Numbered from the stretch's first letter, positions 45,939 to 56,533 are shown. The stretch: DNA of 64,000 nt from an uncultured Rhodothermaceae bacterium (GCA_913056335.1 CAJXLX010000002.1:6526-70525); one strand, 5' to 3'. Program-made: numbers and translations. The notes: a model not told the origin generated them from the letters alone.

Positions 45939-46373
45939 TCAGGATCGATCATCGCTTTCGTAGAGCCGGAGGCCCAGCACTGCGCCCAGCCCGGCAGCGA
46001 CGCAGCCCCCGAACACATCGAAGAGAATTTGCACCGTGTAGTAGTTATATCCCCATGCCTGCTGAAACTCGTAGATAAGCGCATCGCTGGGGGGCTGCAT
46101 AAACGAGGGGGCAGGATCGAAAAACACCCCGATAATGACGAGCACGAGCAGCACAAACTGCCGTGTGACGCCCACAATAAGCCCCGTAATGATGCCCATG
46201 CGTGCCCCCTCGATGCGCGGGATAGCGCGTCCTGAGGCGGGCTTCCAGAGGCGAATGAGCAGCACGCCTGCCGCAAACGCCCCTATAAAACGAAGTGCCA
46301 TCGCATCCACAAAGATGAGTAAGAGGCCAAGGGAGACACCGGCGGTAAATGAAGCACGACGTTGACTGGTCAT
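45939..46373 (-). CDS. Small 4-TM membrane protein
   Basis: Hydrophobic Gly-rich helices; ATG at 46373. Confidence 0.65.
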   Translation of the reverse strand: MTSQRRASFTAGVSLGLLLIFVDAMALRFIGAFAAGVLLIRLWKPASGRAIPRIEGARMGIITGLIVGVTRQFVLLVLVIIGVFFDPAPSFMQPPSDALIYEFQQAWGYNYYTVQILFDVFGGCVAAGLGAVLGLRLYESDDRS

Positions 46374-46532
46374 GAGGCGTGAGGGTTGTGCAGAAAGCGG
46401 AGCACCGGTAACAAACAAGATGCATCTTTCAAATGCGAATAGACGCAACGCCTTATCGTAACCGATTCGCGATTCTTCATGCTCGCTACTGCTGACTGCC
46501 CCCCCGTGCTGTGGGCCGTTGGGCCCAGCGTG

Positions 46533-48992
46533 CTATAGCGCCGCATCGATGCGTTCGAGCGCGTCGTGCAGGTGAATACGCGTCATCCGGTCCGAGATGC
46601 CTGCATCCAGCGCTGTGGTGATCTCCTCACGAAGCAGACGCAGTTGGTCGCGCACAAGCGGACGAATATCGGACTGGCGGATGTGCAGGTCGGCATTCAG
46701 CGGTGGGGTATCGTTGCTGCCCACGCGCAGGTTGCCGGAGGCCGGCGGCTCCCAGTGGTCCGATTCGGCATCGTGCAGCAGGTGGTGGGCCTGCTGCAGG
46801 TACGCGCGCTGCATGTTACGCCGGTACGTGTCGATGGGGGTGCCCTGTTGCACCTCGCGCCAGACCATCGCCCGTGCGTCGTCGAGCATGTCGGCAGGGC
46901 GGTAGGTGTCGCCTCCCAAAAACGCCTCGTGCTCAATCATGCGCGCCAGGCGGGCATGGTTCAAGAGCCGCTGCACAGCCAGCTCCTGGTACGCCCGGAT
47001 GCGCTCCACCGCCCCCGCGTGCTCAATGCGGCGCAGCAGATCCATATCGAGCGCCCACTCAGGCGTCTGCAAAACATGCTCGTCGATGAAGTTCATCGCC
47101 TTCTGCTGATACTCCGCTTCGATGGGCGTGTAGACCCAGCCCTCTTCGCCGTAGCGCTTATGATGCGTCCAGGACCCGCCCACTGCCGAGGCCGCATGCT
47201 GCGCGTAGCGATTCCACTGCGTCAGGTTCTGCAGGTAGTGCGTCTCCAGCTCGTAGTAGTCGTCGCCCTCGTTGAGCACCCAGTCCATCAGGTTTGTGGT
47301 CGCGGTACGCAGGTTGCGCATGCCGTACTCGGCGGCTTCGATAGGATCATCGGAGATGCCCTCTGTCATCCGGTACGGGTCCCACTCTTCATCCATGCCG
47401 AACTGCGCGGTGGCCGACCGGAACCACGGGTCGTCGGCGCGCTCCAGGATCCATTCGTTCAGGGTGTCGAACTCGTCTTCGGGCGTGGTGGCCTCGGGAA
47501 TCGGACGGTAGCCCCACATGATGGCGAACTCATCCCACACGCCCGCGCGTCGCTCGGGCGAGACGCCATCACCCGGCTGGGCCACGTAGTTGTAGCGCGT
47601 GCGTCCGACCGACGAGGCTGAGTGCCCGCGCTCCTCCACAAAGGTGGGGCTACGCAGCGAGTCGACTGGATACACGAAGTTGGCGCGCTGGTTGTGCGGC
47701 AGGCCCAGCGCGTGGGCCATCTCGTGCGAGACGACATAGCGCAGCGCCTCGCCCAGGTCTTCTTCGGCCAGTTCGTCGGTCTGGAACTCCGGGTTCGCGG
47801 TAGCCACCTGCGAGATAAGCCACCAGCGCAGCCGCTCGTCGAGGCCCTCGTATATGTTCATGTGGGCGCGAATGACCTCACCCGAGCGCGGGTCGACCAC
47901 ATCGCCCCCGGCGTTGGCTGAGCGTACCGGCGTGGCCACATGGCGAATGACGTTGTACCGCGCATCCAGCAGACTAAACGTGGGGTCTTCCTCTTCGGTG
48001 GGTGCCACTCGTACATCGACCGCGTTCTTGAATCCGGCCTTTTCGAAGGCGTCCTCCCACTCCATGATGCCCGCTTTGTAGTACGGAATCCACCGCTCGG
48101 GCGTGGCCGGGTCGATGTACCACACAATGGGCTCCTTCGGCTCCACCAGCTCGCCCCGCTCAAACGCGTCCATGTCGCTGGGCTCCAATCGAAAGCGGCG
48201 CAGGTACTGCACGGGGCGCACGCCCTGAAAATCGCGCGAGTAGTCGGTCTGGGTGACGGTGATGTAGGTGACGCGCTCATCGGCCAGGCGCGGCATCATC
48301 GGCTCTTCGGGCAGCAGAATCATCGAGTGGTTGATGGCGAAAGAGACGGTGCCGCCGCGTTCGTTCGACGGGGGACTTGCCGCATCGTACGAGCGCACGG
48401 CGCGGATCTCGATGTTTTCGGGGAAGCTGCGTGTCCATTCGAGCCAGCTGCGGTCGCGGGCGTAGCGGCTCACCTCCATGTCGGAGCGATGCCACTCAGG
48501 CAGCGAGAACGACGGATGATCGCCCATGTAGAGGTCGGTCACGTCGATGACCGAGGCACCGCCCCGCGTCAGCTCGACCGGGAAGCTGGCAATGACGGGC
48601 GCGAAGTTGGAGTTCTGCACCGCCAGCTGCACGTTGTCGCCCTCGTCGGCGGTGTTGCTGTGCGACTGCGTGCGCAGGTAGATGCGATCGCCGCGCGCCT
48701 CCCACTGCACCACCATGTTCCGGTTGAGGCGTCCGCCCCCGTTGGCGAGTCCGTCTTGCGCCTGGGCGTAGCGGCTCATCACAGCCATGTCGCGCCCCAG
48801 CAAGGTATCGGGAATGGCGAAGAGGATGCGGTCGTCGAGCTCGTAGACCGTGAAGAGCCCGTCATCGGCATCGGCCTCGCGCAGGTCGGCGGATGTCAGG
48901 TCCTGCGCCTGAAGCGGGGCAAGCAACGGCAGCGCTGCAAGTCCGAGACCAACAACCAGACAGGCGGCAGCATGTCGTATCCAGTAAACCAT
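46533..48992 (-). CDS. Zinc-dependent metalloprotease (DUF5117/DUF4953, EcxA-like metzincin)
   Basis: Signal peptide; LP..PM.PR.ADERV; KEPIVWYIDPATP; DPRSGEVI; HEMAHALGLPHN. Confidence 0.92.
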   Translation of the reverse strand: MVYWIRHAAACLVVGLGLAALPLLAPLQAQDLTSADLREADADDGLFTVYELDDRILFAIPDTLLGRDMAVMSRYAQAQDGLANGGGRLNRNMVVQWEARGDRIYLRTQSHSNTADEGDNVQLAVQNSNFAPVIASFPVELTRGGASVIDVTDLYMGDHPSFSLPEWHRSDMEVSRYARDRSWLEWTRSFPENIEIRAVRSYDAASPPSNERGGTVSFAINHSMILLPEEPMMPRLADERVTYITVTQTDYSRDFQGVRPVQYLRRFRLEPSDMDAFERGELVEPKEPIVWYIDPATPERWIPYYKAGIMEWEDAFEKAGFKNAVDVRVAPTEEEDPTFSLLDARYNVIRHVATPVRSANAGGDVVDPRSGEVIRAHMNIYEGLDERLRWWLISQVATANPEFQTDELAEEDLGEALRYVVSHEMAHALGLPHNQRANFVYPVDSLRSPTFVEERGHSASSVGRTRYNYVAQPGDGVSPERRAGVWDEFAIMWGYRPIPEATTPEDEFDTLNEWILERADDPWFRSATAQFGMDEEWDPYRMTEGISDDPIEAAEYGMRNLRTATTNLMDWVLNEGDDYYELETHYLQNLTQWNRYAQHAASAVGGSWTHHKRYGEEGWVYTPIEAEYQQKAMNFIDEHVLQTPEWALDMDLLRRIEHAGAVERIRAYQELAVQRLLNHARLARMIEHEAFLGGDTYRPADMLDDARAMVWREVQQGTPIDTYRRNMQRAYLQQAHHLLHDAESDHWEPPASGNLRVGSNDTPPLNADLHIRQSDIRPLVRDQLRLLREEITTALDAGISDRMTRIHLHDALERIDAAL

Positions 48993-49204
48993 AGCGGAAA
49001 GACGGGCACAGGGCGGGGATAGCAGAGCAGGTGGTGTACAATCACGCTGTTGCATCCCTCAAACGCAATATATTGATGCCGTGTGGCGGCAATCCGTGGC
49101 ATGAGCGCGCTGTAACGCAGATGGCCCGGAGGCGACTGTAACAAAACTGTGCATCGGGCATTTTACGAAACAGGCATCCTCTATCATTTTCCGAGCGACC
49201 TATC

Positions 49205-50320
49205 GTGAAGCGGTTTCTTGCACTTCTGTGTTGTGTGTGTCTGAGTTGGGGTTCTGTAGGTACGGCGGATGCGCAGCGCATTGCCAAGTACGGCGCTGAT
49301 TTTCTGGCGGGCGGCGTGGATGCTCGTGCGCTGGGCATGGGCGGCGCGTACGTGGCGCATGCCGATGAGGTGAGCGCGGGGTACTGGAATCCGGCGGGCC
49401 TGAGCCACCTTACGCATCCCGAGCTGTCGTACATGCATGTGGAGCGCTTTGCCGGGGCGGTGTCGTTCGACTATGCCGCGGGGGCGCTGCCTATTAGCGA
49501 CCGCTCGGCGCTGGGCGTGTCGGTCTTTCGGAGCGGGGTGAACGACATTGTGAACACGCTAAATGCGTGGGATCCGGTGCGCAATCAGCCGCGCCCCAAC
49601 TACGAGAGCCTCATCACCACGTTTTCGGCAGCGGACTGGGCGCTGTTCGTCAGCTACAGCCGCACGCTGAATTCGGACTGGTCGGTGGGCATCAACTTCA
49701 AGGGCATCCGCCGCACCATTGGCGATTTTGCGGATGCGTGGGGCTACAGCATGGATGTGGGTGCACAGTGGCGCTCGGAACGCTATCGCCTGGGCGTGAC
49801 GGTGCAAGACCTGTCGACGATGCTGCAGAGCTGGAGCATTAACGAGTCGGCGTTCTCGATTGACGATACCAATCCAGCGACGGGCGATCCGTTTACCTTT
49901 GGCGAGGTGTTCGGCCAAGACCTGCCGACCGGCGGCACGGCACTGGTGCTGCCGGTGGTGCGGCTGGGCTCGGGCGCGGTGTGGCCGGTGGGCCGCCACG
50001 CGGTGACGCTCGGCGTTGACACCGACATTGCGTTCGATGGCCAGCAAGCCTTCGCGCCGAATGTGGGCGATGTGTCGTTTCATCCGCGGGTGGGCGGGGC
50101 CTTTTCGTATGCGGGTGTGGCAGAGCTGCGGGCGGGCATCAGCCGCATCCAGACGGGCGATAGCATCGGCCTCGACATTACGCCCTCGATTGGCGCGGGG
50201 CTTACGCTGAATCAGGTGGCTATCGACGTCAGCTTTGGCGACTTCGCTGGACTCACGGCGCAAGACCTGGGCTACTCGTATCGCATCTCCGCCCGCGTGC
50301 GGTTTGAGCCGCCGGAGTGA
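49205..50320 (+). CDS. PorV/PorQ family outer membrane protein (T9SS-associated)
   Basis: Signal peptide; KY..DFL..GV.ARALGMGGA.VA..D..SAGYWNPAGL; beta-barrel pattern. Confidence 0.88.
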   Translation: MKRFLALLCCVCLSWGSVGTADAQRIAKYGADFLAGGVDARALGMGGAYVAHADEVSAGYWNPAGLSHLTHPELSYMHVERFAGAVSFDYAAGALPISDRSALGVSVFRSGVNDIVNTLNAWDPVRNQPRPNYESLITTFSAADWALFVSYSRTLNSDWSVGINFKGIRRTIGDFADAWGYSMDVGAQWRSERYRLGVTVQDLSTMLQSWSINESAFSIDDTNPATGDPFTFGEVFGQDLPTGGTALVLPVVRLGSGAVWPVGRHAVTLGVDTDIAFDGQQAFAPNVGDVSFHPRVGGAFSYAGVAELRAGISRIQTGDSIGLDITPSIGAGLTLNQVAIDVSFGDFAGLTAQDLGYSYRISARVRFEPPE

Positions 50321-50328
50321 GAGGCGTT

Positions 50329-50363
50329 GGAGGGATGGAGGGATGGAAGGATGGATGGGTGGA
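50329..50363 (+). repeat. Short purine-rich tandem repeat (GGA(G/A)GGAT)n
   Basis: ggagggat ggagggat ggaaggat ggatgggt gga immediately after the PorV-family stop codon. Confidence 0.6.
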
Positions 50364-50536
50364 GAATTGAAGTGTGGGCGGATGCCAGAAACACCGCCAT
50401 GTAGCACACAACCGTTCCCTGCTGCATCCATTCGCATGCAGCCGCCCACTCCCGGGCATCCACGAACCTGTAGGGGAGGCATCCGGTTTGCGCGTCTGAT
50501 CGCTTGCCTGTCGCATCCCCCTGAACGCACGCAGCT

Positions 50537-52636
50537 ATGAGCACCGACATTCTGGAACGCGAGGTGCAGTATCTGAAGGGCGTGGGTCCGAAGCGCGCCG
50601 ACGCGTGGGCCGAGGCGCATGGCGTGCGTACCGTGCACGACATGCTGCACTTCTACCCGCGCCGCTACCTCGACCGCTCCACCACCACGGGCGTGCGCGA
50701 TCTGCGCGAGGGCGAATCGGCGACCGTCATGGGCACCGTGCAGTCGTGCAACGTGGTGCCCGGAAAAAGTAACAAGCGTTTCGAACTGATTCTGGAGGAT
50801 GCGGAGGGCCAGCGCATGAAGGGCACCTGGTTTCAGGGCCTCTGGTGGATCCGCAACACGTTCGAGGTGGGCGAGCGCGTGGCCCTGCACGGCACCGTGC
50901 AGAAGTACGGACGCTGGTTCTCGATGACGCACCCGGACTTCGACCGCCTGAACGACGAGGCCGCGGCCCTCGACACCGGACGCATTGTCGCGCTCTATCC
51001 GGGCGGGCAGGCCATGGAGGCGGTGGGCCTCACGAGCCGCTCCATCCGGCGTATCATCTACCGCTTCTTTCAGGAGCACGGCCTGAAGCTGGGCGAGCCG
51101 CTCCCCGACTGGATGACCGAGCAGTATGGCCTGATGGAGGGCCGCGTGGCATTGCGCGCCATTCACTTCCCTAAAAGTCAGGAGGAGCGCACACAGGCGG
51201 TGCAGCGCCTCAAGTTCGAGGAGCTGTTCTACATCCAACTGCTGCTGGCCCAGACGCGCCACGAGCGGCAGGACATCGCGGGCCCTACGTTTGATCCGCC
51301 CGGTCCGCTCACCACGCAGTTTGCCACGGATGTGCTGCCGTTTGAGCTTACGGATGCCCAAAAGCGCGCCGTGCGCGAGATCGTGGCCGACACGCAGACC
51401 GGCATCCAGATGAACCGGCTGGTGCAGGGCGATGTGGGCAGCGGAAAAACCGTCGTTGCGGTACTCGCCATCCTCCAAGCCTACGACAGCGGCTACCAGA
51501 GCGCGTTTATGGCGCCCACCGAGATTCTGGCGGAGCAGCACGCCAACAGCCTATCTGAATACCTTGCGCCGCTCGACCTGCAGCCCACCTTGCTTACCGG
51601 CAGCCAATCGAAGACCGAGCGCGAGGCGGCGCTCGCATCGGTAGCGCAGGGCGAAACGCCCGTGGCCGTAGGCACGCATGCGCTCATCCAGGATACGGTG
51701 GCGTTCGACCGTCTGGGCCTGGCCGTGGTCGACGAGCAGCACCGCTTTGGCGTGATGCAGCGCGCGGAGATGTTCGAGAAGGGCGAGCGCCCGCACATGC
51801 TGCTCATGACCGCCACGCCCATTCCGCGCTCGCTCGCCATGACGCTCTATGGCGACCTCGATGTCTCCAAAATCGACGAGATGCCCGCCGGACGCAAGCC
51901 CGTAACCACGGTCATGCGGCGTGAGAAGCAGCGCGATGACGTGTACGCGTTCATCCGCGAGCGCCTGCAGGCGGGCGAGCAGGCCTACGTGGTGTACCCG
52001 CTCGTGGAAGAGAGCGAAAAGCTCGACCTCAAAGATGCCGAAAGCGGCTACGAGACGCTGCAGGCGCAGTTTCCGGACTTCACGGTTGGACTCGTGCACG
52101 GACGTATGAAGTCCGACGACAAAGACGCCACCATGCGCGCATTTAAGGCAAGCGAGATCGACATTCTCGTATCCACCACCGTCATCGAAGTGGGCGTGGA
52201 TGTGCCCGGCGCCACCATCATGCTCATTGAGCACGCCGAGCGGTTTGGGCTGAGCCAGCTGCATCAGCTGCGCGGACGCGTAGGTCGCAGCGACCAGCAG
52301 AGCTACTGTATCCTCATGGCCGGATACAAGCAATCCGCCGAGGCCAAGCAGCGCCTGGCCGCCATGACACGCACCACCGACGGCTTCGAGATTAGCGAAG
52401 AGGACCTGCGCATCCGTGGGGCCGGGGACTTCTTCGGCACGCGCCAGAGCGGCATGCCCGAACTAAAACTGGCCGACATTACCGAAGACACCGATGTCCT
52501 CGAAACCGCCCGCAACGCCGCCACCACGCTCATCACCCGCGATGCTGCGCTTGCTAACGACGCCCATACTGCGCTGCGCACCTACTTCGAGCGCTACTAC
52601 GCGGATCGCTCGCTTGGCTTTTTGCGCGTGGGGTAG
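50537..52636 (+). CDS. recG: ATP-dependent DNA helicase RecG
   Basis: LKGVGP, RLKFEE, MNRLVQGDVGSGKT, APTEILAEQH, DEQHRFG, MTATPIPR, QLHQLRGRVGR, G.RQSG. Confidence 0.98.
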   Translation: MSTDILEREVQYLKGVGPKRADAWAEAHGVRTVHDMLHFYPRRYLDRSTTTGVRDLREGESATVMGTVQSCNVVPGKSNKRFELILEDAEGQRMKGTWFQGLWWIRNTFEVGERVALHGTVQKYGRWFSMTHPDFDRLNDEAAALDTGRIVALYPGGQAMEAVGLTSRSIRRIIYRFFQEHGLKLGEPLPDWMTEQYGLMEGRVALRAIHFPKSQEERTQAVQRLKFEELFYIQLLLAQTRHERQDIAGPTFDPPGPLTTQFATDVLPFELTDAQKRAVREIVADTQTGIQMNRLVQGDVGSGKTVVAVLAILQAYDSGYQSAFMAPTEILAEQHANSLSEYLAPLDLQPTLLTGSQSKTEREAALASVAQGETPVAVGTHALIQDTVAFDRLGLAVVDEQHRFGVMQRAEMFEKGERPHMLLMTATPIPRSLAMTLYGDLDVSKIDEMPAGRKPVTTVMRREKQRDDVYAFIRERLQAGEQAYVVYPLVEESEKLDLKDAESGYETLQAQFPDFTVGLVHGRMKSDDKDATMRAFKASEIDILVSTTVIEVGVDVPGATIMLIEHAERFGLSQLHQLRGRVGRSDQQSYCILMAGYKQSAEAKQRLAAMTRTTDGFEISEEDLRIRGAGDFFGTRQSGMPELKLADITEDTDVLETARNAATTLITRDAALANDAHTALRTYFERYYADRSLGFLRVG

Positions 52637-52786
52637 ACTGCACTTTGTGCAGACAGATTGTGTAAGCACATCCCGCGTTCTCATGTCCGGGGGGCCCCGA
52701 TTTTGGAAGCGGTTCGGGATCTCTCTATTTGCATCTACAGTTTAGTTCGTTCACTTAACTTTACGCATCAGCCTACGGTGACGATT

Positions 52787-53074
52787 ATGCCCGAAGAAAT
52801 CCTATTCAAGACAGAGCAAGCGTCCACGCGCGCCGAAGCTGCCGCCTACCTGCGTGCCCTTGCCGACAAGCTCGATGCCGATGGCACCGTGCACCTGTCG
52901 GGTGGACCTGACGCGCTTGACATGACAATCCCCGAGCGCTTCGAGTTCGAGGTCAAAGCCGAACGCGAAACGTCAAAGTCCGGGGGCACCCCCGAACTCA
53001 GCCTGGAGCTGGAGTTTGAGTGGAAGGAAGGCGTTGAAGCCGAAGCCGGGGGCGGCTCCCTCGAAATTACGTAG
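52787..53074 (+). CDS. Amphi-Trp domain protein
   Basis: MPEEILF.TE....RAEAAAYLRALADKL...FEVKAERE...ELSLELEFEW; about 95 aa, acidic. Confidence 0.85.
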   Translation: MPEEILFKTEQASTRAEAAAYLRALADKLDADGTVHLSGGPDALDMTIPERFEFEVKAERETSKSGGTPELSLELEFEWKEGVEAEAGGGSLEIT

Positions 53075-53312
53075 AGGGAAAACAGAGGACCCATGCTCGC
53101 TCGTTCATCCATCCGCGCCTCGCGCGTACTGATGCGATGCCACGGGCGAGCCGGGCGTCTCGTTGCAGCAGGCCCTTCGCTCCAACGGAAAGATCGTCCG
53201 CTCCCCACTTCTTCGCCTCCGCTGTGCGTCTTGTGTGCTTGCTCATTTCTCTGCGTGCATCTCCGTCGTGGCATCCTGCCAATCATCGTTCGGTAGGTCC
53301 ACAGGCCAATCG

Positions 53313-53365
53313 GGCGGGGCAGAGCCCCTAAAAAGTGCGTCACAAGGCAGAGCCTTGCGACGAGC
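53313..53365 (+). repeat. REP-like element (GGGGCAGAGCCCC + GTCACAAGGCAGAGCCTTGCGAC), with a degenerate second copy at 53641-53680
   Basis: The 16-mer gcggggcagagcccct occurs at ~53313 and 53641, each followed by tgcgtc(a/g)ca; both hairpins share a GCAGAGC loop. Confidence 0.6.
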
Positions 53366-53462
53366 GTGCACTCAGTTTCATCAGGGTGCTCTGCTTTGCT
53401 AAATTTCCCTGCAAGCCACGTCTCCCTCTCCCCTTATGATACTGTGAGGTTAACCACAGGGC

Positions 53463-53489
53463 CTGGCCCCGACGGTCCCCCGTCGGGGC
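53463..53489 (-). repeat. REP-like hairpin, copy B
   Basis: Reverse complement gccccgacgggggaccgtcggggccag is 25/27 identical to 11575-11601. Confidence 0.65.
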
Positions 53490-53698
53490 AATAACAGAGG
53501 ACGCTCCGGCGTCCAACCCGCAGCGTCGCAGCGTACGGCGGCTAATCTCACAACCTTACATCGAGAGAAGGAGCAAGGGTGAGGGTCAGACTGTATTCCG
53601 ACAGCTGTCGGAAGGACGTACCGGGCGGTGCTTAGGCCAAGCGGGGCAGAGCCCCTGAACAGCCTGCGTCGCACGGCAAAGGGGCCGCAGATCCTGCA

Positions 53699-56263
53699 TT
53701 ACCCCGTCGCGATGCCGTGGGCGAACTCGGCAGGCAGCGCCTCGCGCACCAATGCGCGGACTTCGCCCACACGGGCACAGCCGAGCGCCTCTGTGGCCAG
53801 CGCTTCCATCTCGTCGTGGCGCAGCGCGCGGACGAGCGCTTTCGTACCCGGCACCGCGCCTGGATTCACACTCAAACTCGACACGCCCAGTCCCAGCAGC
53901 AGCGGAATCGCCATGGGCTGCGCAGCGGCCTCGCCGCACACGCTCACGGGCACCTCGCCTGCCTGCTGCACCGTGCGCTGAATGAGGCGCAGCACCGGCG
54001 GATGCAGCACATCCGCAAGCGCCGACAGGTCGGCATGCCCCCGGTCGGCGGCCATTACATACTGCACCAAGTCGTTCGTGCCAATGCTGAAGAAGTCCAC
54101 CTGCGGAGCCAGGTCCTCAGCCGCCAGCGCACTGGCCGGCGTCTCAATCATGATGCCCACCGGCAGCCGCTCGGCATGCGGTGTGCCCGCGTCGGCCAGC
54201 GCTATACGGGCGGTTTCGAGATGCTCCAACGCCTCTTCGACTTCGTCCGGCGTAGCCACCATGGGTAGCAACAGGCGCACCGGATGCGCCGCGCCTGCAC
54301 GGAGCAGCGCACGCAGTTGGGTCTGGAACAGCTCGGGGTGACGCAGCAGCACCCGAATCCCCCGAACGCCCAAGAACGGATTCGCTTCCTCTGGAAACGA
54401 CAGATACGGAAGTGGCTTGTCCCCGCCAGCATCAAGGACGCGGATGGTGACGGGATCGGTGAACGGCTTAACGGCTGCCTTCAAGGCGGTGACCTGGTCG
54501 TTTTCGGAGGGGGGAGCCTCCGCCTCCCCAAACAGGAACTCGGTGCGCAAAAGGCCCACGCCCTCCGCCCCCCGTGCGGCCGCTTCACGAGCATCCTCGG
54601 GCTGGCTCACGTTGGCTTGCACCGTAATGGCAATGCCGTCGGCAGTGATGGCGGGCTTTTGTGCGGCCTCGCGATGCGCTTGGGCTTGCTCGGCAGCCGC
54701 CTTACGCGCAGCTTGAAGCTGCTCCACCTGCTCGGGCGCCGGGTCAATCCATACGCGTCCGGCCGCGCCATCCAGGCCCAGCGGGGTGCCGTCGTCAACC
54801 GACTGAAGCGCGGTGCCCACGCCAAACACGGTGGGAATGCCCTGCCCGCGCAGCAGGATGGCGTTGTGCGCGGTAGGGCTGCCCCCGGTGCACACGACGC
54901 CCTGCACATGGTCGGGGTTGAGATGCGGCACGACCGAGGGCGGCAGCGTATCGGCGATGAGGATGCAGGGATCGTTGGGCAACGAAAGCGCATCGGCGGG
55001 CTCGTCGAGCAGCTCCAGGATAACGCGGCGTCCCACATCGCGCACATCGGCGGCGCGGGCTTGCAGGTAGTCGTCATCGAGAGCGGCGTAGCGCTCGGCC
55101 AGCGCTTCGGTGGCGCCGTGCCAGGCGCGGGCGGCGGGCTCCCCCTCGTTGGTGATGCGGCGGCGGGCCTCGCTGAGCAGTTCGTCATCGTCTAAGAGCA
55201 GCGCCTGCGCATCCAGAATACCGGCAGCTGATGCGTTGCCCGGGGCATTGGACTCCAGTTCGCCCTGCACGGAGGCCAGCACCACGCGCAGGCCGTCCCA
55301 GATCTCTTCGGGCGGAGCGGTTTGCGTGGTGGGCAGCTCGGGCAGCGCCGCGCTGAAGCGAGCCGCCGGGGCCACCGCGGTGCCCGCCTGCACGGGAATA
55401 CCTTGCACCGCGCCTTCGGGCGGTTCATCGGGCTGTGGTGGTTTGGGGGTTGCGGATGCGGCGGGGTCAGGCGTTGTAGATTCAGGGGCCGCCTCGGTCT
55501 CCCCAAACCCGTCGCGGATGAGAGCGGTGAGCGCCTTTAGGGCGGCAGCGGCATCAGTGCCGTGGGCTGCAAGCTGAATGCGATCGCCCTGCCGCGCCCC
55601 CAGCGTAGACACCGACGAGATGCTCGTAGCCGACACCGGCGCGTGGTCGTCGCCCTTGCGCGCAAGGGTGATCGTGGCGTCATACTGCCCAGCGGTGCGC
55701 ACCAGTTGGGCCGCCGGACGCGCGTGCAGCCCGTGCGGATTTATGAGTTCGACCACTGCAGTTTGGGCGTCGGCAGATGCCTCGGTCGTTGCCTCATCAT
55801 CGTCGGGAGCGTCCACGTCGGGGGTGCCGGTGGGCGAGGGCGCGTCGGCGTCGGTGTCGCCGACGTGGCGCTGCTTCTGGGCAAGGGCATTCTGGGCCTC
55901 GCGCACCACGTCGTCAACCGGACTGCCCATGCTGGCCTGAATCGCCGCTGCCATAGCGCCCTCTACAAAGGGGGCGGACAGCAGGCGCGTTCGCGCACGC
56001 GTCTCTTCGGGCAGCAGGTCGAGTGCGGTGTCGGTGCTTAGGAGGGCGCTGCCCATGTCGCCCAACACGAGCACGCCGTCGGGACTGTCGACGGATTCGA
56101 TGGCCTGCATGATGGCGACGGCGTCGGTGCCAAAGGCGGTGCCGTCGTCGCCCGCCCCGGCAGCGATGGCGATCTGCACGGCGTCATCGGCCATTTCGCG
56201 GATGAGGGGGAGGAGCGCATCGGCCAGGGCCTGGCTGTGCGATACGAGAACGAGGCTTACCAT
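53699..56263 (-). CDS. dhaM: Fused DhaM EIIA - HPr - complete Enzyme I phosphoryl-transfer protein
   Basis: EIIA VLVSHS...GTD...DMGSA...APFVEG; HPr NPHGLHARPAA; EI SPTAHNAIL, GVGLLRTEFLF, E.NPFLG.RG, DFFSIGTNDL, VCGE. Confidence 0.93.
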   Translation of the reverse strand: MVSLVLVSHSQALADALLPLIREMADDAVQIAIAAGAGDDGTAFGTDAVAIMQAIESVDSPDGVLVLGDMGSALLSTDTALDLLPEETRARTRLLSAPFVEGAMAAAIQASMGSPVDDVVREAQNALAQKQRHVGDTDADAPSPTGTPDVDAPDDDEATTEASADAQTAVVELINPHGLHARPAAQLVRTAGQYDATITLARKGDDHAPVSATSISSVSTLGARQGDRIQLAAHGTDAAAALKALTALIRDGFGETEAAPESTTPDPAASATPKPPQPDEPPEGAVQGIPVQAGTAVAPAARFSAALPELPTTQTAPPEEIWDGLRVVLASVQGELESNAPGNASAAGILDAQALLLDDDELLSEARRRITNEGEPAARAWHGATEALAERYAALDDDYLQARAADVRDVGRRVILELLDEPADALSLPNDPCILIADTLPPSVVPHLNPDHVQGVVCTGGSPTAHNAILLRGQGIPTVFGVGTALQSVDDGTPLGLDGAAGRVWIDPAPEQVEQLQAARKAAAEQAQAHREAAQKPAITADGIAITVQANVSQPEDAREAAARGAEGVGLLRTEFLFGEAEAPPSENDQVTALKAAVKPFTDPVTIRVLDAGGDKPLPYLSFPEEANPFLGVRGIRVLLRHPELFQTQLRALLRAGAAHPVRLLLPMVATPDEVEEALEHLETARIALADAGTPHAERLPVGIMIETPASALAAEDLAPQVDFFSIGTNDLVQYVMAADRGHADLSALADVLHPPVLRLIQRTVQQAGEVPVSVCGEAAAQPMAIPLLLGLGVSSLSVNPGAVPGTKALVRALRHDEMEALATEALGCARVGEVRALVREALPAEFAHGIATG

Positions 56264-56533
56264 AATGGTGCAGTGCGATTACCCAGCAGGATGGATGTGG
56301 CCCCTGCGTGTGGGCAGGGCACCGGGGCAGTAACGGCGCGGCTTATGCGCTGTGTTGGTGTATGGTGGATACGAACCTGTTACCACGCACAACGCCCCGT
56401 TTGCGTACCCGGCTTGTTTCCTACAAGTTCGGTAGGGGTGGTTGTGGAAGCACAGCCTGTGCTTTCCCCTTTATACTTATCTTCACACTCTTTGTACACG
56501 GGCTCTGAGTGAGAACACGACCTGAAACAGGTT

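Noticed and set aside
50329-50363. CRISPR array or phase-variation tract
   Set aside because: Only about four imperfect 8-bp units, no spacers, non-coding and not in an evident promoter.
49559-51541. 660-aa minus-strand ORF
   Set aside because: Antisense to the PorV-family gene and recG; no motifs.
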